A DNA stretch of 64,000 bases from NCBI GenBank assembly GCA_964634605.1, contig CAZWLJ010000005.1, positions 27,568-91,567 of the forward strand. The letters are read 5' to 3'. The stretch comes from an uncultured Paludibacter sp. GTDB taxonomy: Bacteria; Bacteroidota; Bacteroidia; Bacteroidales; Paludibacteraceae. Below the pieces are notes generated by a model. That model saw only the letters and a list, made by a program, of their open reading frames with translations. It was not told the origin of the DNA and did no database searches. Of this stretch, positions 56,233 through 64,000 are shown piece by piece. A program made the translations under genes and the position numbers. Numbering within the stretch: the first letter of the stretch is position 1; each line of letters opens with the position of its first letter.

Positions 56233-56240
56233 CAAAAGTA
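56233..56240 (-). promoter_or_regulatory. -7 box TACTTTTG (minus strand) for folP
   Basis: CAAAAGTA on the plus strand, 53 nt upstream of ATG 56180 and internal to the 56261-start ORF. Confidence 0.35.
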
Positions 56241-56445
56241 AGAAAATAAACGCTTTTTCATTCTGTTTTTGCAGAATTATTAAAAATTTTATAATAAAAT
56301 ATACGTTTTCTGTTTAATTTGAGTTATTTAAAAGCATTCGGAAATTAATGGCTGAAAGCAGCAGGATTGCATTCCCTTAGAAATAAGGTGAAATCCGTTA
56401 TCCATTTTAATTCGGGAAATAACCTATTTTTTATCATAGTAGTAT

Positions 56446-58044
56446 ATGAAATTAATGAACGTTGTTAAACTATCAGCACTTATATTAGCAGCATTGCTTA
56501 TTGCTTCGTGTGCTCCAAAGAGTACATCAGCCGATGGCAGGGCAAGGTCTAAACCACCCAGGAACTCGACCGTATCGACGGCTACCGGCTGGACTTATGA
56601 AAATGAAAATTTCACGGGTACAAACGGTTATGCCTCATCAGGATTTGCCGCTCATGAAAATTACCGTCCGAATATACCGGCGGGAATGGTAGTAGTGGAG
56701 GGAGGTACCTTCATGATGGGAGAAAAAACCGACATGATGACCGCTCAGCGGAATAATCTTACACGAAGAGTGTCTGTAGGCTCATTCTATATGGATCAGT
56801 ATGAAGTGAGTAACCTCAACTGGCGTGAATATGTCCACTGGATGGAGGTAGTGTTTGGTACTACAGCGCCCGGCCTGGTTGACAAGGCCCGGCCTAATGT
56901 AGATAAATCAAGTGACCCGATGACCTACAACGAACCTTATCTGGACAGGTATTACTCACATCCGGCTTTCAATAACTATCCGGTAGTAGGAGTAACCTGG
57001 GAACAAGCCATGGATTACTGCCAGTGGCGTACCGACAGGATGAACGAACTCGTACTCGTGAAGGCAGGAGTGCTTGCCGAACCCGATTTCTCATATGTGC
57101 AGAAAGAAAAAAATGTGGATTCCATAGCTCGAAATTTTGTGTTCAATACCGATAAGTATTTAATGCAGCAAACCTATAATCCGAAACCCGGTCCGAAACC
57201 CCTCAAAAATGCATTCGGTGGAGTACGCAAAGCCAATATGGGCGACGGACTGATGTACCCCAATTTCAGACTGCCGACCGAAGCCGAATGGGAATTTGCA
57301 GCCTACGGACTGCGTGCTGAAAAAAACGGGCTCGTGGCCGAAGGAAGAATTTATCCATGGACGGGCGACCAGCTGCGCAATACAGAAAACGGGAAGAAAC
57401 AGGGACTGATGCAGGCTAATTACGTTCGCGGGAGAGGCGACATGATGGGTACTGCAGGCGACCTGAATGATAAGTACACTACTACAGCTCCTGTAAACGA
57501 ATACGCACCCAACGAATTCGGACTTTATAATATGGCAGGCAATGTCAACGAATGGGTGATGGATGTTTACCGTTCCACCTCGTCGCAGGATGTGGCAGAA
57601 TACAATCCTTTCCGGGGTAACGAAGAACGCTCGTATCTGGCTGATTTCAAAGATGAAAACGGGAATTATAACCTGAAAATCGATTCGCTCGGCAGAGTTG
57701 CCTACACGGTATTACCCAAAGAAGATTTACGCGGTTTTAAGGACGGCTCAGGCCAGATTGTCACAGATTTTAAACTTTACACCGATCCCGAAGGCGAAAG
57801 AGCACTCCGGAATAATGCCCAGCTCGATCCGACCGATGTACTGGCTCCAAAAATCACCAACAAAACACGTGTGTATAAAGGCGGCTCGTGGAAAGACCGC
57901 GCATACTGGCTCAACCCGGCAACCCGCCGCTATCTGGATCAGGATAAATCGGCCAACGACATAGGATTTCGATGTGCCATGACGATGCTTGGCAGTATTG
58001 ACGATCAGCCGGTGAAGAAAAAAGCCACGACAAAGAAAAAATAA
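56446..58044 (+). CDS. gldJ: FGE/SUMF1-domain lipoprotein, GldJ-like (gliding/T9SS-associated)
   Basis: 532 aa with a lipobox (LLIASC). FGE-sulfatase fold motifs are VEGGTFMMG, RLPTEAEWEFAA, YKGGSW and IGFRCA. It stands alone (no gldL/M/N follow), which fits GldJ better than GldK. It ends in a Lys-rich tail. Confidence 0.6.
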   Translation: MKLMNVVKLSALILAALLIASCAPKSTSADGRARSKPPRNSTVSTATGWTYENENFTGTNGYASSGFAAHENYRPNIPAGMVVVEGGTFMMGEKTDMMTAQRNNLTRRVSVGSFYMDQYEVSNLNWREYVHWMEVVFGTTAPGLVDKARPNVDKSSDPMTYNEPYLDRYYSHPAFNNYPVVGVTWEQAMDYCQWRTDRMNELVLVKAGVLAEPDFSYVQKEKNVDSIARNFVFNTDKYLMQQTYNPKPGPKPLKNAFGGVRKANMGDGLMYPNFRLPTEAEWEFAAYGLRAEKNGLVAEGRIYPWTGDQLRNTENGKKQGLMQANYVRGRGDMMGTAGDLNDKYTTTAPVNEYAPNEFGLYNMAGNVNEWVMDVYRSTSSQDVAEYNPFRGNEERSYLADFKDENGNYNLKIDSLGRVAYTVLPKEDLRGFKDGSGQIVTDFKLYTDPEGERALRNNAQLDPTDVLAPKITNKTRVYKGGSWKDRAYWLNPATRRYLDQDKSANDIGFRCAMTMLGSIDDQPVKKKATTKKK

Positions 58045-58135
58045 CATACGTTTTGTAAGCTAAACAACAATCAAAAGCTATAATTTTACAGGTATTGATT
58101 TACAAATTGTAAAATATAAAATAATTATTAATAAA

Positions 58136-58166
58136 ACATCTGTTTTCCCCGGACAGGTGTTTTTTA
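58136..58166 (+). terminator. Rho-independent terminator after the gldJ-like gene
   Basis: ACATCTGT-N9-ACAGGTGT (one G-T pair) followed by TTTTTATTT. Confidence 0.6.
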
Positions 58167-58201
58167 TTTGTAATATATTTAGTTTAATGATTTAAAAGTA
58201 T

Positions 58202-58209
58202 TAATTTTG
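58202..58209 (+). promoter_or_regulatory. -7 box TAATTTTG for asnS
   Basis: Exact TAnnTTTG match, 33 nt before the ATG at 58242. Confidence 0.4.
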
Positions 58210-58241
58210 CATTTCAAATTTTATTACAGATATATCTTTTT

Positions 58242-59639
58242 ATGCAAAGAACAATAATTGCTGACGCGCTGAAGAGCAAGGCGTTTGGATCGGAAATTAA
58301 TATTAAAGGATGGGTACGCACCCGAAGAGGAAATAAGAACGTAAGTTTTATCGCCCTGAATGATGGCTCAACCATAAATAATATCCAGTTAGTCGTTGAT
58401 TTAAGTAAGTTTGATGAAGAATTTCTCAAACCCATATCAACCGGTGCATGTATCAGTGCCACAGGTGTGCTGGTAGAGTCGCAGGGTAAGGGACAAAGCG
58501 TTGAAATTCAGGCAGAAAATATCCAGATTTACGGAGCTGCTGATCCGGAAACCTATCCGCTTCAGAAAAAAGGGCATACCCTCGAGTTCCTGCGTGAAAT
58601 AGCTCACCTGCGTCCGCGTACCAATACCTTCGGGGCTGTTTTCCGCATTCGTCACCACATGGCTTTTGCCATTCACAAATTTTTCCACGACCGGGGCTTT
58701 TTCTACTTCCACACTCCAATAATTACCGCTTCCGATGCAGAAGGAGCCGGACAAATGTTTCAGGTAACTACCATGGACTTGAATAATCTGACCAAAACAT
58801 CTGAGGGTGAAGTGGATTATACGGACGATTTCTTTGGCCGTCCTGCCAACCTGACTGTTTCCGGACAGCTCGAAGGCGAACTTGCAGCAATGGCGCTCGG
58901 GTCGATATACACGTTCGGACCAACGTTCCGTGCTGAAAATTCGAACACACCCCGGCACTTGTCCGAGTTCTGGATGATAGAACCCGAAGTGGCTTTTAAC
59001 GAAATAGAAGAAAATATGCAACTGGCACAGGATTTTATCCAGTATTGTGTCCGGTGGGCGCTGGATAATTGCGGCGATGACCTCGGTTTCCTGAGCGAAA
59101 TGTATGATAAAGAGCTGATTGACAGGTTGAAATTTGTTGTGGAAAATGATTTCGTACGCCTCACATACACCGAAGGGATAAAAATTCTGGAAGAGGCTGT
59201 TGCCGGTGGACATAAATTTGAATACCGTGTAGGCTGGGGAACTGACCTGCAGTCGGAGCATGAGCGCTATCTGGTCGAACAGCATTTCAAAAAACCGGTT
59301 ATCCTCATTGATTATCCGCAGGAAATTAAAGCATTCTACATGAAACTAAATGATGACGGCAAAACCGTACGGGCAATGGACGTCCTTTTTCCGAAAATCG
59401 GCGAAATTATCGGTGGCTCGCAGCGTGAAGAGGATTATGAGAAGCTCAGAACCCGCGCTGCTTCCATGGGAGTGCCCGAAAAAGACATCTGGTGGTATCT
59501 GGATACCCGCCGGTTCGGAACAGCCCCGCATGCAGGATTTGGATTGGGTTTCGAAAGATTACTGCTCTTTGTGACCGGAATGTCCAACATACGTGACGTG
59601 ATTCCTTTCCCTAGGACTCCGAACAACGCTGATTTCTAA
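58242..59639 (+). CDS. asnS: Asparagine-tRNA ligase
   Basis: 465 aa class IIb aaRS. It has an OB-fold N-terminus, [19 protein letters not shown], and a C-terminal GFGLGFERL...PFPR. Confidence 0.96.
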   Translation: MQRTIIADALKSKAFGSEINIKGWVRTRRGNKNVSFIALNDGSTINNIQLVVDLSKFDEEFLKPISTGACISATGVLVESQGKGQSVEIQAENIQIYGAADPETYPLQKKGHTLEFLREIAHLRPRTNTFGAVFRIRHHMAFAIHKFFHDRGFFYFHTPIITASDAEGAGQMFQVTTMDLNNLTKTSEGEVDYTDDFFGRPANLTVSGQLEGELAAMALGSIYTFGPTFRAENSNTPRHLSEFWMIEPEVAFNEIEENMQLAQDFIQYCVRWALDNCGDDLGFLSEMYDKELIDRLKFVVENDFVRLTYTEGIKILEEAVAGGHKFEYRVGWGTDLQSEHERYLVEQHFKKPVILIDYPQEIKAFYMKLNDDGKTVRAMDVLFPKIGEIIGGSQREEDYEKLRTRAASMGVPEKDIWWYLDTRRFGTAPHAGFGLGFERLLLFVTGMSNIRDVIPFPRTPNNADF

Positions 59640-59687
59640 AAAAATCAAACCATAGACGCTTATATACATCTTAAAAAAAAAACATTT

Positions 59688-61535
59688 ATGGAAAACATTA
59701 ACGTAGAAGAAATGGACAATGTCGTTGTTTTGTTTGCAGGTGATTCCGGCGACGGGATGCAGCTTACAGGCACACTCTTTTCAAACATTTCTGCCGAAAT
59801 CGGTAATGAAATCTCAACATTTCCTGATTATCCTGCCGAAATTCGGGCACCGCAAGGCACCCTGGGAGGGGTTTCGGGTTTTCAGGTTCATATTGGCTCC
59901 GGAAAAATTTACACACCGGGCGACGAAGCAGACGTATTCGTGGCTATGAACCCTGCAGCCCTCAAAATCAACATCCGGAAAGTGAAAAAGGGCGGAACAA
60001 TTATTTACGACGAAAACAGTTTTCAAAAAAGCGACCTGACAAAAGCCGGTTTTATAACCGATAATCCTTTCAGTGAATTAGGCGTTTCTGAAACAATAAC
60101 CTTAGTTCCGACTCCGCTGACCAACCTGACACAGACAAGCCTGGAAGGTTTCGGACTGGACAATAAAGATATTCTGAGAAGTAAAAACATGTTTGCACTC
60201 GGTCTGATTTGCTGGCTGTTTAACCGCCCAATGGACAAAGCCGAACATTTCATTCAAAATAAATTCAGAAAAAAACCGGCTGTCCTCGAAGCCAATATCA
60301 AAGTGCTGAATGATGGTTTTAACTACGGAAACAACCTTCATTTAACTATCCCTACCTACTCGATAGTACGTTCGGACTCTACGCTTCCGGGTAAATACAC
60401 CAGTATTTCGGGAAATACGGCTACAGCCTACGGACTGATTGCTGCTGCCGAAAAAGCAGGATTGCAGCTTTTCCTGGGCAGTTATCCGATTACACCCGCT
60501 TCGGATATTATGCAGGAGCTGTCTCTTCGTCGCGATCTGGGCGTGAAAGTATTGCAGTGCGAAGATGAAATTGCAGGTATTACCACAGCCATCGGCGCTT
60601 CGTTTGCCGGTTGTCTGGCTGCTACGAATACATCCGGTCCGGGTTTGGCGCTGAAGTCCGAAGCAATAGGGCTGGCTGTAATGGCTGAACTTCCCCTGGT
60701 AGTGATAGATGTAATGCGTGGAGGACCTTCAACGGGTATGCCTACAAAAACCGAGCAAACCGACCTGCTCCAGGCATTATACGGCCGCAACGGTGAAAGT
60801 CCGGTAGTGGTAATTGCCCCGGGAACACCCGACGATTGTTTCCATTACACGTTTATGGCATCAAAAATTGCACTGGAATATATGACACCCGTTATCGTTC
60901 TTACCGATGCCTTTATAGGAAATGGCACTTCGCTGTGGAGATTACCCAAGCTGGCTGAATTACCCGAAATCAAACCCAATTATGTTCCTGCAGATCTGAC
61001 AGGCTACAATGCCACCACCCGCAACGAAGAAACAAAAGTGCGTTACTGGGCAATTCCCGGAACGCAAGGATTCGAGTATCGCAACGGTGGATTGGAAAAG
61101 GACTACAACAAAGGAGGAATTTCATCAGACCCGGAAAATCATCAGAAGATGGTTGATACACGTGCTGCAAAGGTAAAAAGCGTGCAAAACAGTATTCCGG
61201 ATTTGGAAATTTTCGGGAACGAAGATGCTGATTTACTGGTCGTTGGCTGGGGTAGCACACGCGGACACCTGATGAGTTCGGTTGCTTCGATGAATAAAAA
61301 GGGTAAAAATGTGGCAATGGTTCATTTCAATTACATCAACCCACTGCCTCGAAATACCGGAGAAGTGTTGCGGAAATTCAGTAAAGTGGTAGTATGCGAA
61401 CTCAATTCAGGCCAGTTTGCAGCTTATTTACGCTCACAGATGCCCGGTTTGAACATACTTCAGTACAACAAAGTACAGGGGCAGCCATTTACTGCGACCG
61501 AACTGGAACATCAATTTGAATTAATTTTAAAATAG
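59688..61535 (+). CDS. korA: 2-oxoglutarate/2-oxoacid:ferredoxin oxidoreductase, alpha subunit
   Basis: 615 aa with an N-terminal gamma-like domain (FAGDSGDGMQLTG) fused to the alpha domain. The beta subunit gene follows. Confidence 0.9.
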   Translation: MENINVEEMDNVVVLFAGDSGDGMQLTGTLFSNISAEIGNEISTFPDYPAEIRAPQGTLGGVSGFQVHIGSGKIYTPGDEADVFVAMNPAALKINIRKVKKGGTIIYDENSFQKSDLTKAGFITDNPFSELGVSETITLVPTPLTNLTQTSLEGFGLDNKDILRSKNMFALGLICWLFNRPMDKAEHFIQNKFRKKPAVLEANIKVLNDGFNYGNNLHLTIPTYSIVRSDSTLPGKYTSISGNTATAYGLIAAAEKAGLQLFLGSYPITPASDIMQELSLRRDLGVKVLQCEDEIAGITTAIGASFAGCLAATNTSGPGLALKSEAIGLAVMAELPLVVIDVMRGGPSTGMPTKTEQTDLLQALYGRNGESPVVVIAPGTPDDCFHYTFMASKIALEYMTPVIVLTDAFIGNGTSLWRLPKLAELPEIKPNYVPADLTGYNATTRNEETKVRYWAIPGTQGFEYRNGGLEKDYNKGGISSDPENHQKMVDTRAAKVKSVQNSIPDLEIFGNEDADLLVVGWGSTRGHLMSSVASMNKKGKNVAMVHFNYINPLPRNTGEVLRKFSKVVVCELNSGQFAAYLRSQMPGLNILQYNKVQGQPFTATELEHQFELILK

Positions 61536-61541
61536 ACTGCT

Positions 61542-62558
61542 ATGGAAACTGTAAAATTAGAATATACACCCAAAGATTTTAAAAGTGATCAGCAGGTTCG
61601 CTGGTGTCCGGGTTGTGGCGACTATGCCATAATCAACAGTCTGCATAAAGTTATGGCAGAAATGGCTGTTCCGCCGCATGAAATTGCCGTGATTTCCGGT
61701 ATCGGATGTTCCTCACGTTTGCCTTACTACGTGAGCAGCTACGGATTTCACACCATTCATGGCCGCGGCGCAGCCGTAGCTACCGGAGTGAAAGTGGCAA
61801 ATCCGAAACTGACCGTATGGCAGGTTACCGGTGACGGCGACTGCCTTGCAATCGGTGGAAACCATTTCATTCACAGTGTCAGGCGCAATGTTGACATCAA
61901 CGTGTTGCTTTTCAATAACCAGATTTACGGTCTCACAAAAGGCCAGTTTTCGCCCACCTCGCTTAAAGGACAGGTAACCAAATCGTCTCCTTACGGAACG
62001 ATTGAAGAGCCTTTTCGTCCGGCTGAACTTACATTTGGTGCCCGTGGCACCTTCTTTGGCCGCTTACTGGATGTGGATCTGAAAAACGCGCAGCAGGTAA
62101 TGCTTGCAGCGGCGCAGCATAAGGGAACTTCAGTCATTGAATGCATGGTTAACTGTGTGATATTCAATGATGGAGCTCACGGTTGGCTGGCCGAGAAAAA
62201 TACACGTCCAGATAAGATGGTATTCCTCGAACACGGCAAACCGATGATTTTCGGTGCGGAAAATGATAAAGGATTAATCCTTGAAAAAGGGCAGCTCAAA
62301 GTCGTAAAAATCGGCGAAAACGGCATTACCGAAAAGGATATTCTGGTTCACGATGCACAGAACCCAAACCCTACGATGCAGTGGGAACTGGCCATGATGA
62401 AAGGACCCGATATGCCGGTTGCATTAGGTGTAATACGCGATGTACCAGCCGAAACCTACAACGATGCGATGGATAATCAGATAGCACAAGTGAAAGAAAA
62501 ATCCCGAATCAAATGTTTTGACGACCTGGTGAACAGCCTGGAGCAGTGGGAAATATAG
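61542..62558 (+). CDS. korB: 2-oxoglutarate/2-oxoacid:ferredoxin oxidoreductase, beta subunit
   Basis: 338 aa with a TPP-binding region (WCPGCGDY, GDGD...GGNH). Confidence 0.92.
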   Translation: METVKLEYTPKDFKSDQQVRWCPGCGDYAIINSLHKVMAEMAVPPHEIAVISGIGCSSRLPYYVSSYGFHTIHGRGAAVATGVKVANPKLTVWQVTGDGDCLAIGGNHFIHSVRRNVDINVLLFNNQIYGLTKGQFSPTSLKGQVTKSSPYGTIEEPFRPAELTFGARGTFFGRLLDVDLKNAQQVMLAAAQHKGTSVIECMVNCVIFNDGAHGWLAEKNTRPDKMVFLEHGKPMIFGAENDKGLILEKGQLKVVKIGENGITEKDILVHDAQNPNPTMQWELAMMKGPDMPVALGVIRDVPAETYNDAMDNQIAQVKEKSRIKCFDDLVNSLEQWEI

Positions 62559-62570
62559 AAGCCCCCTCTA

Positions 62571-62596
62571 TCTCCCCCGAAGGGGGAGATTTTTTT
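62571..62596 (+). terminator. Rho-independent terminator of korB (also the locus C left palindromic unit)
   Basis: TCTCCCCC-GAA-GGGGGAGA followed by T7. The C-run unit begins 2 nt after the TAG. Confidence 0.8.
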
Positions 62597-62614
62597 CATC
62601 TTATCTAAAAAGAA

Positions 62615-63382
62615 TTAAATCCCCTGACCTAAAGCCTCCCCATCGGGGAGGTTAGGAGGGGCTATCACTTCCTTGAAATAATACTCCCTTCGTTCTCCTT
62701 CATCTGTAATCAGTATGAGCTTACCGTCGGGCAGCACGGTTTCAATTCTGGCCGAAAATGAACTGTTTGTAGCGCAGTCTGTATAAGGATGATAGCCGTC
62801 TTTTCGGTACAAATTTTCGAAGTATTTTTTTTGTATCTCTTCTGTATCCGAATCAGCATAAAGTCGAATCATTTCTTCACATATTTCTGTTAAAATGACA
62901 TTCCTGTCTGTTTCTTTGCCAAGAATTTGCCTGAGAGAAACCGGATTGGGAGCGTTGCTGAGGAATTTCTCCTGATTGATATTCAGGCCGATGCCGATGA
63001 TGCACTTGTCTATTCTATCCCGAACCAGGGTGTTTTCAATCAGAATACCGCTAATTTTTTTGTCTTTCCAGTAAATATCGTTCGGCCATTTCACTGAAAT
63101 TCCGGAGGTGTACTTATCCAGCACGTTTTTGATGGCAAGGCAGGTTATTTGCGAAAGGATAAACTGTTTGTCGATTCGGATCGAATGCGGGTAAAGCAAC
63201 ATGCTGAAAAGGAGATTTTTTCCTTTTTCAGATTCCCATGAATTGCCGGGCTGTCCTTTACCGGCCGTCTGAAAATCGGTGTAGATCACAAAGCCTTCAG
63301 TCAGGTTTTTGCTTGCCGAAAAATCTTTCAACAACTTGTTGGTAGATTCGGTAGATTCAATATAAAAAAAGGATTGATTCAT
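62615..63382 (-). CDS. birA: Biotin-[acetyl-CoA-carboxylase] ligase (group I, no HTH)
   Basis: 255 aa with TAGKGQPGNSW (the GRGRxGR-type loop) and WPNDIY. The last ~15 codons (APPNLPDGEALGQGI) are encoded by the palindromic repeat. Confidence 0.88.
   Translation of the reverse strand: MNQSFFYIESTESTNKLLKDFSASKNLTEGFVIYTDFQTAGKGQPGNSWESEKGKNLLFSMLLYPHSIRIDKQFILSQITCLAIKNVLDKYTSGISVKWPNDIYWKDKKISGILIENTLVRDRIDKCIIGIGLNINQEKFLSNAPNPVSLRQILGKETDRNVILTEICEEMIRLYADSDTEEIQKKYFENLYRKDGYHPYTDCATNSSFSARIETVLPDGKLILITDEGERREYYFKEVIAPPNLPDGEALGQGI
62621..62661. repeat. Long imperfect C-run palindrome (locus C right unit) inside the 3' end of birA
   Basis: CCCCT GA CCTAA AG CCTCCCC ATC GGGGAGG TTAGG AGGGG, giving 17 bp of pairing in three blocks. 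Its reverse complement resembles the 62562-62589 unit. Confidence 0.6.
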
Positions 63383-64000
63383 TCTGCTACAGAAATTAAA
63401 AAATCCTCCATCATTTTTGTTGTAACCGACAGGGAATTAGCGTCGGGATTATTGACAATGATGCTAAAAACGATTTTTTTCCCTTTAGCATGTAAATAAC
63501 CGGCATAACTTTTCACGCGTCCAAGTGTTCCGCTTTTTGCTGTCACTTTACCTTCGAGCGGTGTGTTTTTCAAAAAATTCTTTAATGTTCCTGATTTTCC
63601 GGCTTCAGGCAGCGATTTTTTGAAAACGGCGCTGTTATCCGATTTATCCATACAGCTGAGCAGGCTTACCAGAAAATTAGCCGATACAGCATTTACGGGC
63701 GATAATCCCGAACCGTCGTACTGAAAAAGTTCGTTGACGGGAAGTCCCTTTGATTTCCAGAAACTTCTAATCAGCCCGATGGCGGCGGGAGTTGAAGCCT
63801 GACTTCCGTTTTTCAGCGCCAGATGACGGAATAAGTGTTCGGCATAATGATTATTGCTGTTTACGTTTATTTCTTTGATTATTTCACTTAATGCCGGTGA
63901 TTTATGGGTATAGATGACGGTTCGTTTTCCTTCAGATGCTTCATCCGTAGCTTTTCCGGCGACAGCGATTCCGCTTGATTTGAGTTTCCAGGCTAAGTCG
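63379..64000 (-). CDS. dacB: D-alanyl-D-alanine carboxypeptidase/endopeptidase (PBP4 family), N-terminus beyond window
   Basis: My own translation shows the frame is open from 63379 to the window edge; the ORF track lists only the last 90 aa. The sequence contains SNNHYAE (SxN motif), YDGSGLSPVN and KSGTL (KTG motif). Confidence 0.85.
   Translation of the reverse strand, partial: DLAWKLKSSGIAVAGKATDEASEGKRTVIYTHKSPALSEIIKEINVNSNNHYAEHLFRHLALKNGSQASTPAAIGLIRSFWKSKGLPVNELFQYDGSGLSPVNAVSANFLVSLLSCMDKSDNSAVFKKSLPEAGKSGTLKNFLKNTPLEGKVTAKSGTLGRVKSYAGYLHAKGKKIVFSIIVNNPDANSLSVTTKMMEDFLISVAE

Noticed and set aside
58437-59285. 282-aa ORF on the minus strand
   Set aside because: It lies entirely antisense within the unmistakable asnS gene. 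It has no recognisable motif, and its composition is typical of a reverse-frame artefact.
1-64000. Scan for defence systems, prophage, toxin-antitoxin pairs, retrons/DGRs, restriction-modification, riboswitches and other ncRNAs
   Set aside because: I recognised no nuclease, methylase, reverse transcriptase, ATPase-nuclease pair or phage structural gene. Leaders upstream of thiL, purD, folP and asnS are too short or unstructured for the usual riboswitches. Absence judged by eye is not proof.

Overview
This looks like a chromosomal segment of a Bacteroidota genome. The evidence is SusC/SusD pairs, a T9SS-type C-terminal sorting domain, a GldJ-like lipoprotein and TAnnTTTG -7 promoter boxes. All domain calls come from reading motifs by eye; no searches were run.

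Layout:
- (i) 1-15.6 kb: one co-directional PUL-like operon, FAS1 | SusC-SusD | FAS1-FAS1 | SusC-SusD. No CAZyme or regulator is in view.
- (ii) 15.9-25.5 kb: L-arabinose operon araD-araA-araB-mutarotase-Na+/solute symporter-Nudix-type AraR-GH51 arabinofuranosidase, with structured intercistronic spacers.
- (iii) 25.6-35.3 kb: the only accessory-looking block. It holds an orphan 861-aa secreted protein and two tandem paralogous AraC-type regulators. Divergent from them are a 1283-aa DUF11-repeat T9SS cargo protein and a co-transcribed 214-aa bitopic protein with a sorting-signal-like C-terminal tail. The block ends at tRNA-Leu/tRNA-Gly.
- (iv) 35.7-64 kb: housekeeping genes. These are polyprenyl synthase, polA, rpsT, tRNA-Glu, trxA, dnaE, aroK, ansA, GH20 hexosaminidase, thiL, rpiB, a sigma-54 activator without a DNA-binding domain, purD, a PNGase-F-like protein, cdaA, folP, a GldJ-like protein, asnS, korAB, birA and partial dacB.

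I saw no CRISPR array, transposase, integrase, phage gene or recognisable defence gene.

Best candidates for something undescribed:
- the AraC-pair / T9SS adhesin / tail-anchored protein module, with 21-bp-phased direct repeats in its promoter;
- a family of C-run palindromic units placed just after stop codons at three loci, one of them read through by birA;
- a phased AATTCG array upstream of the orphan sigma-54 activator;
- an alternative-pairing hairpin just before araB.
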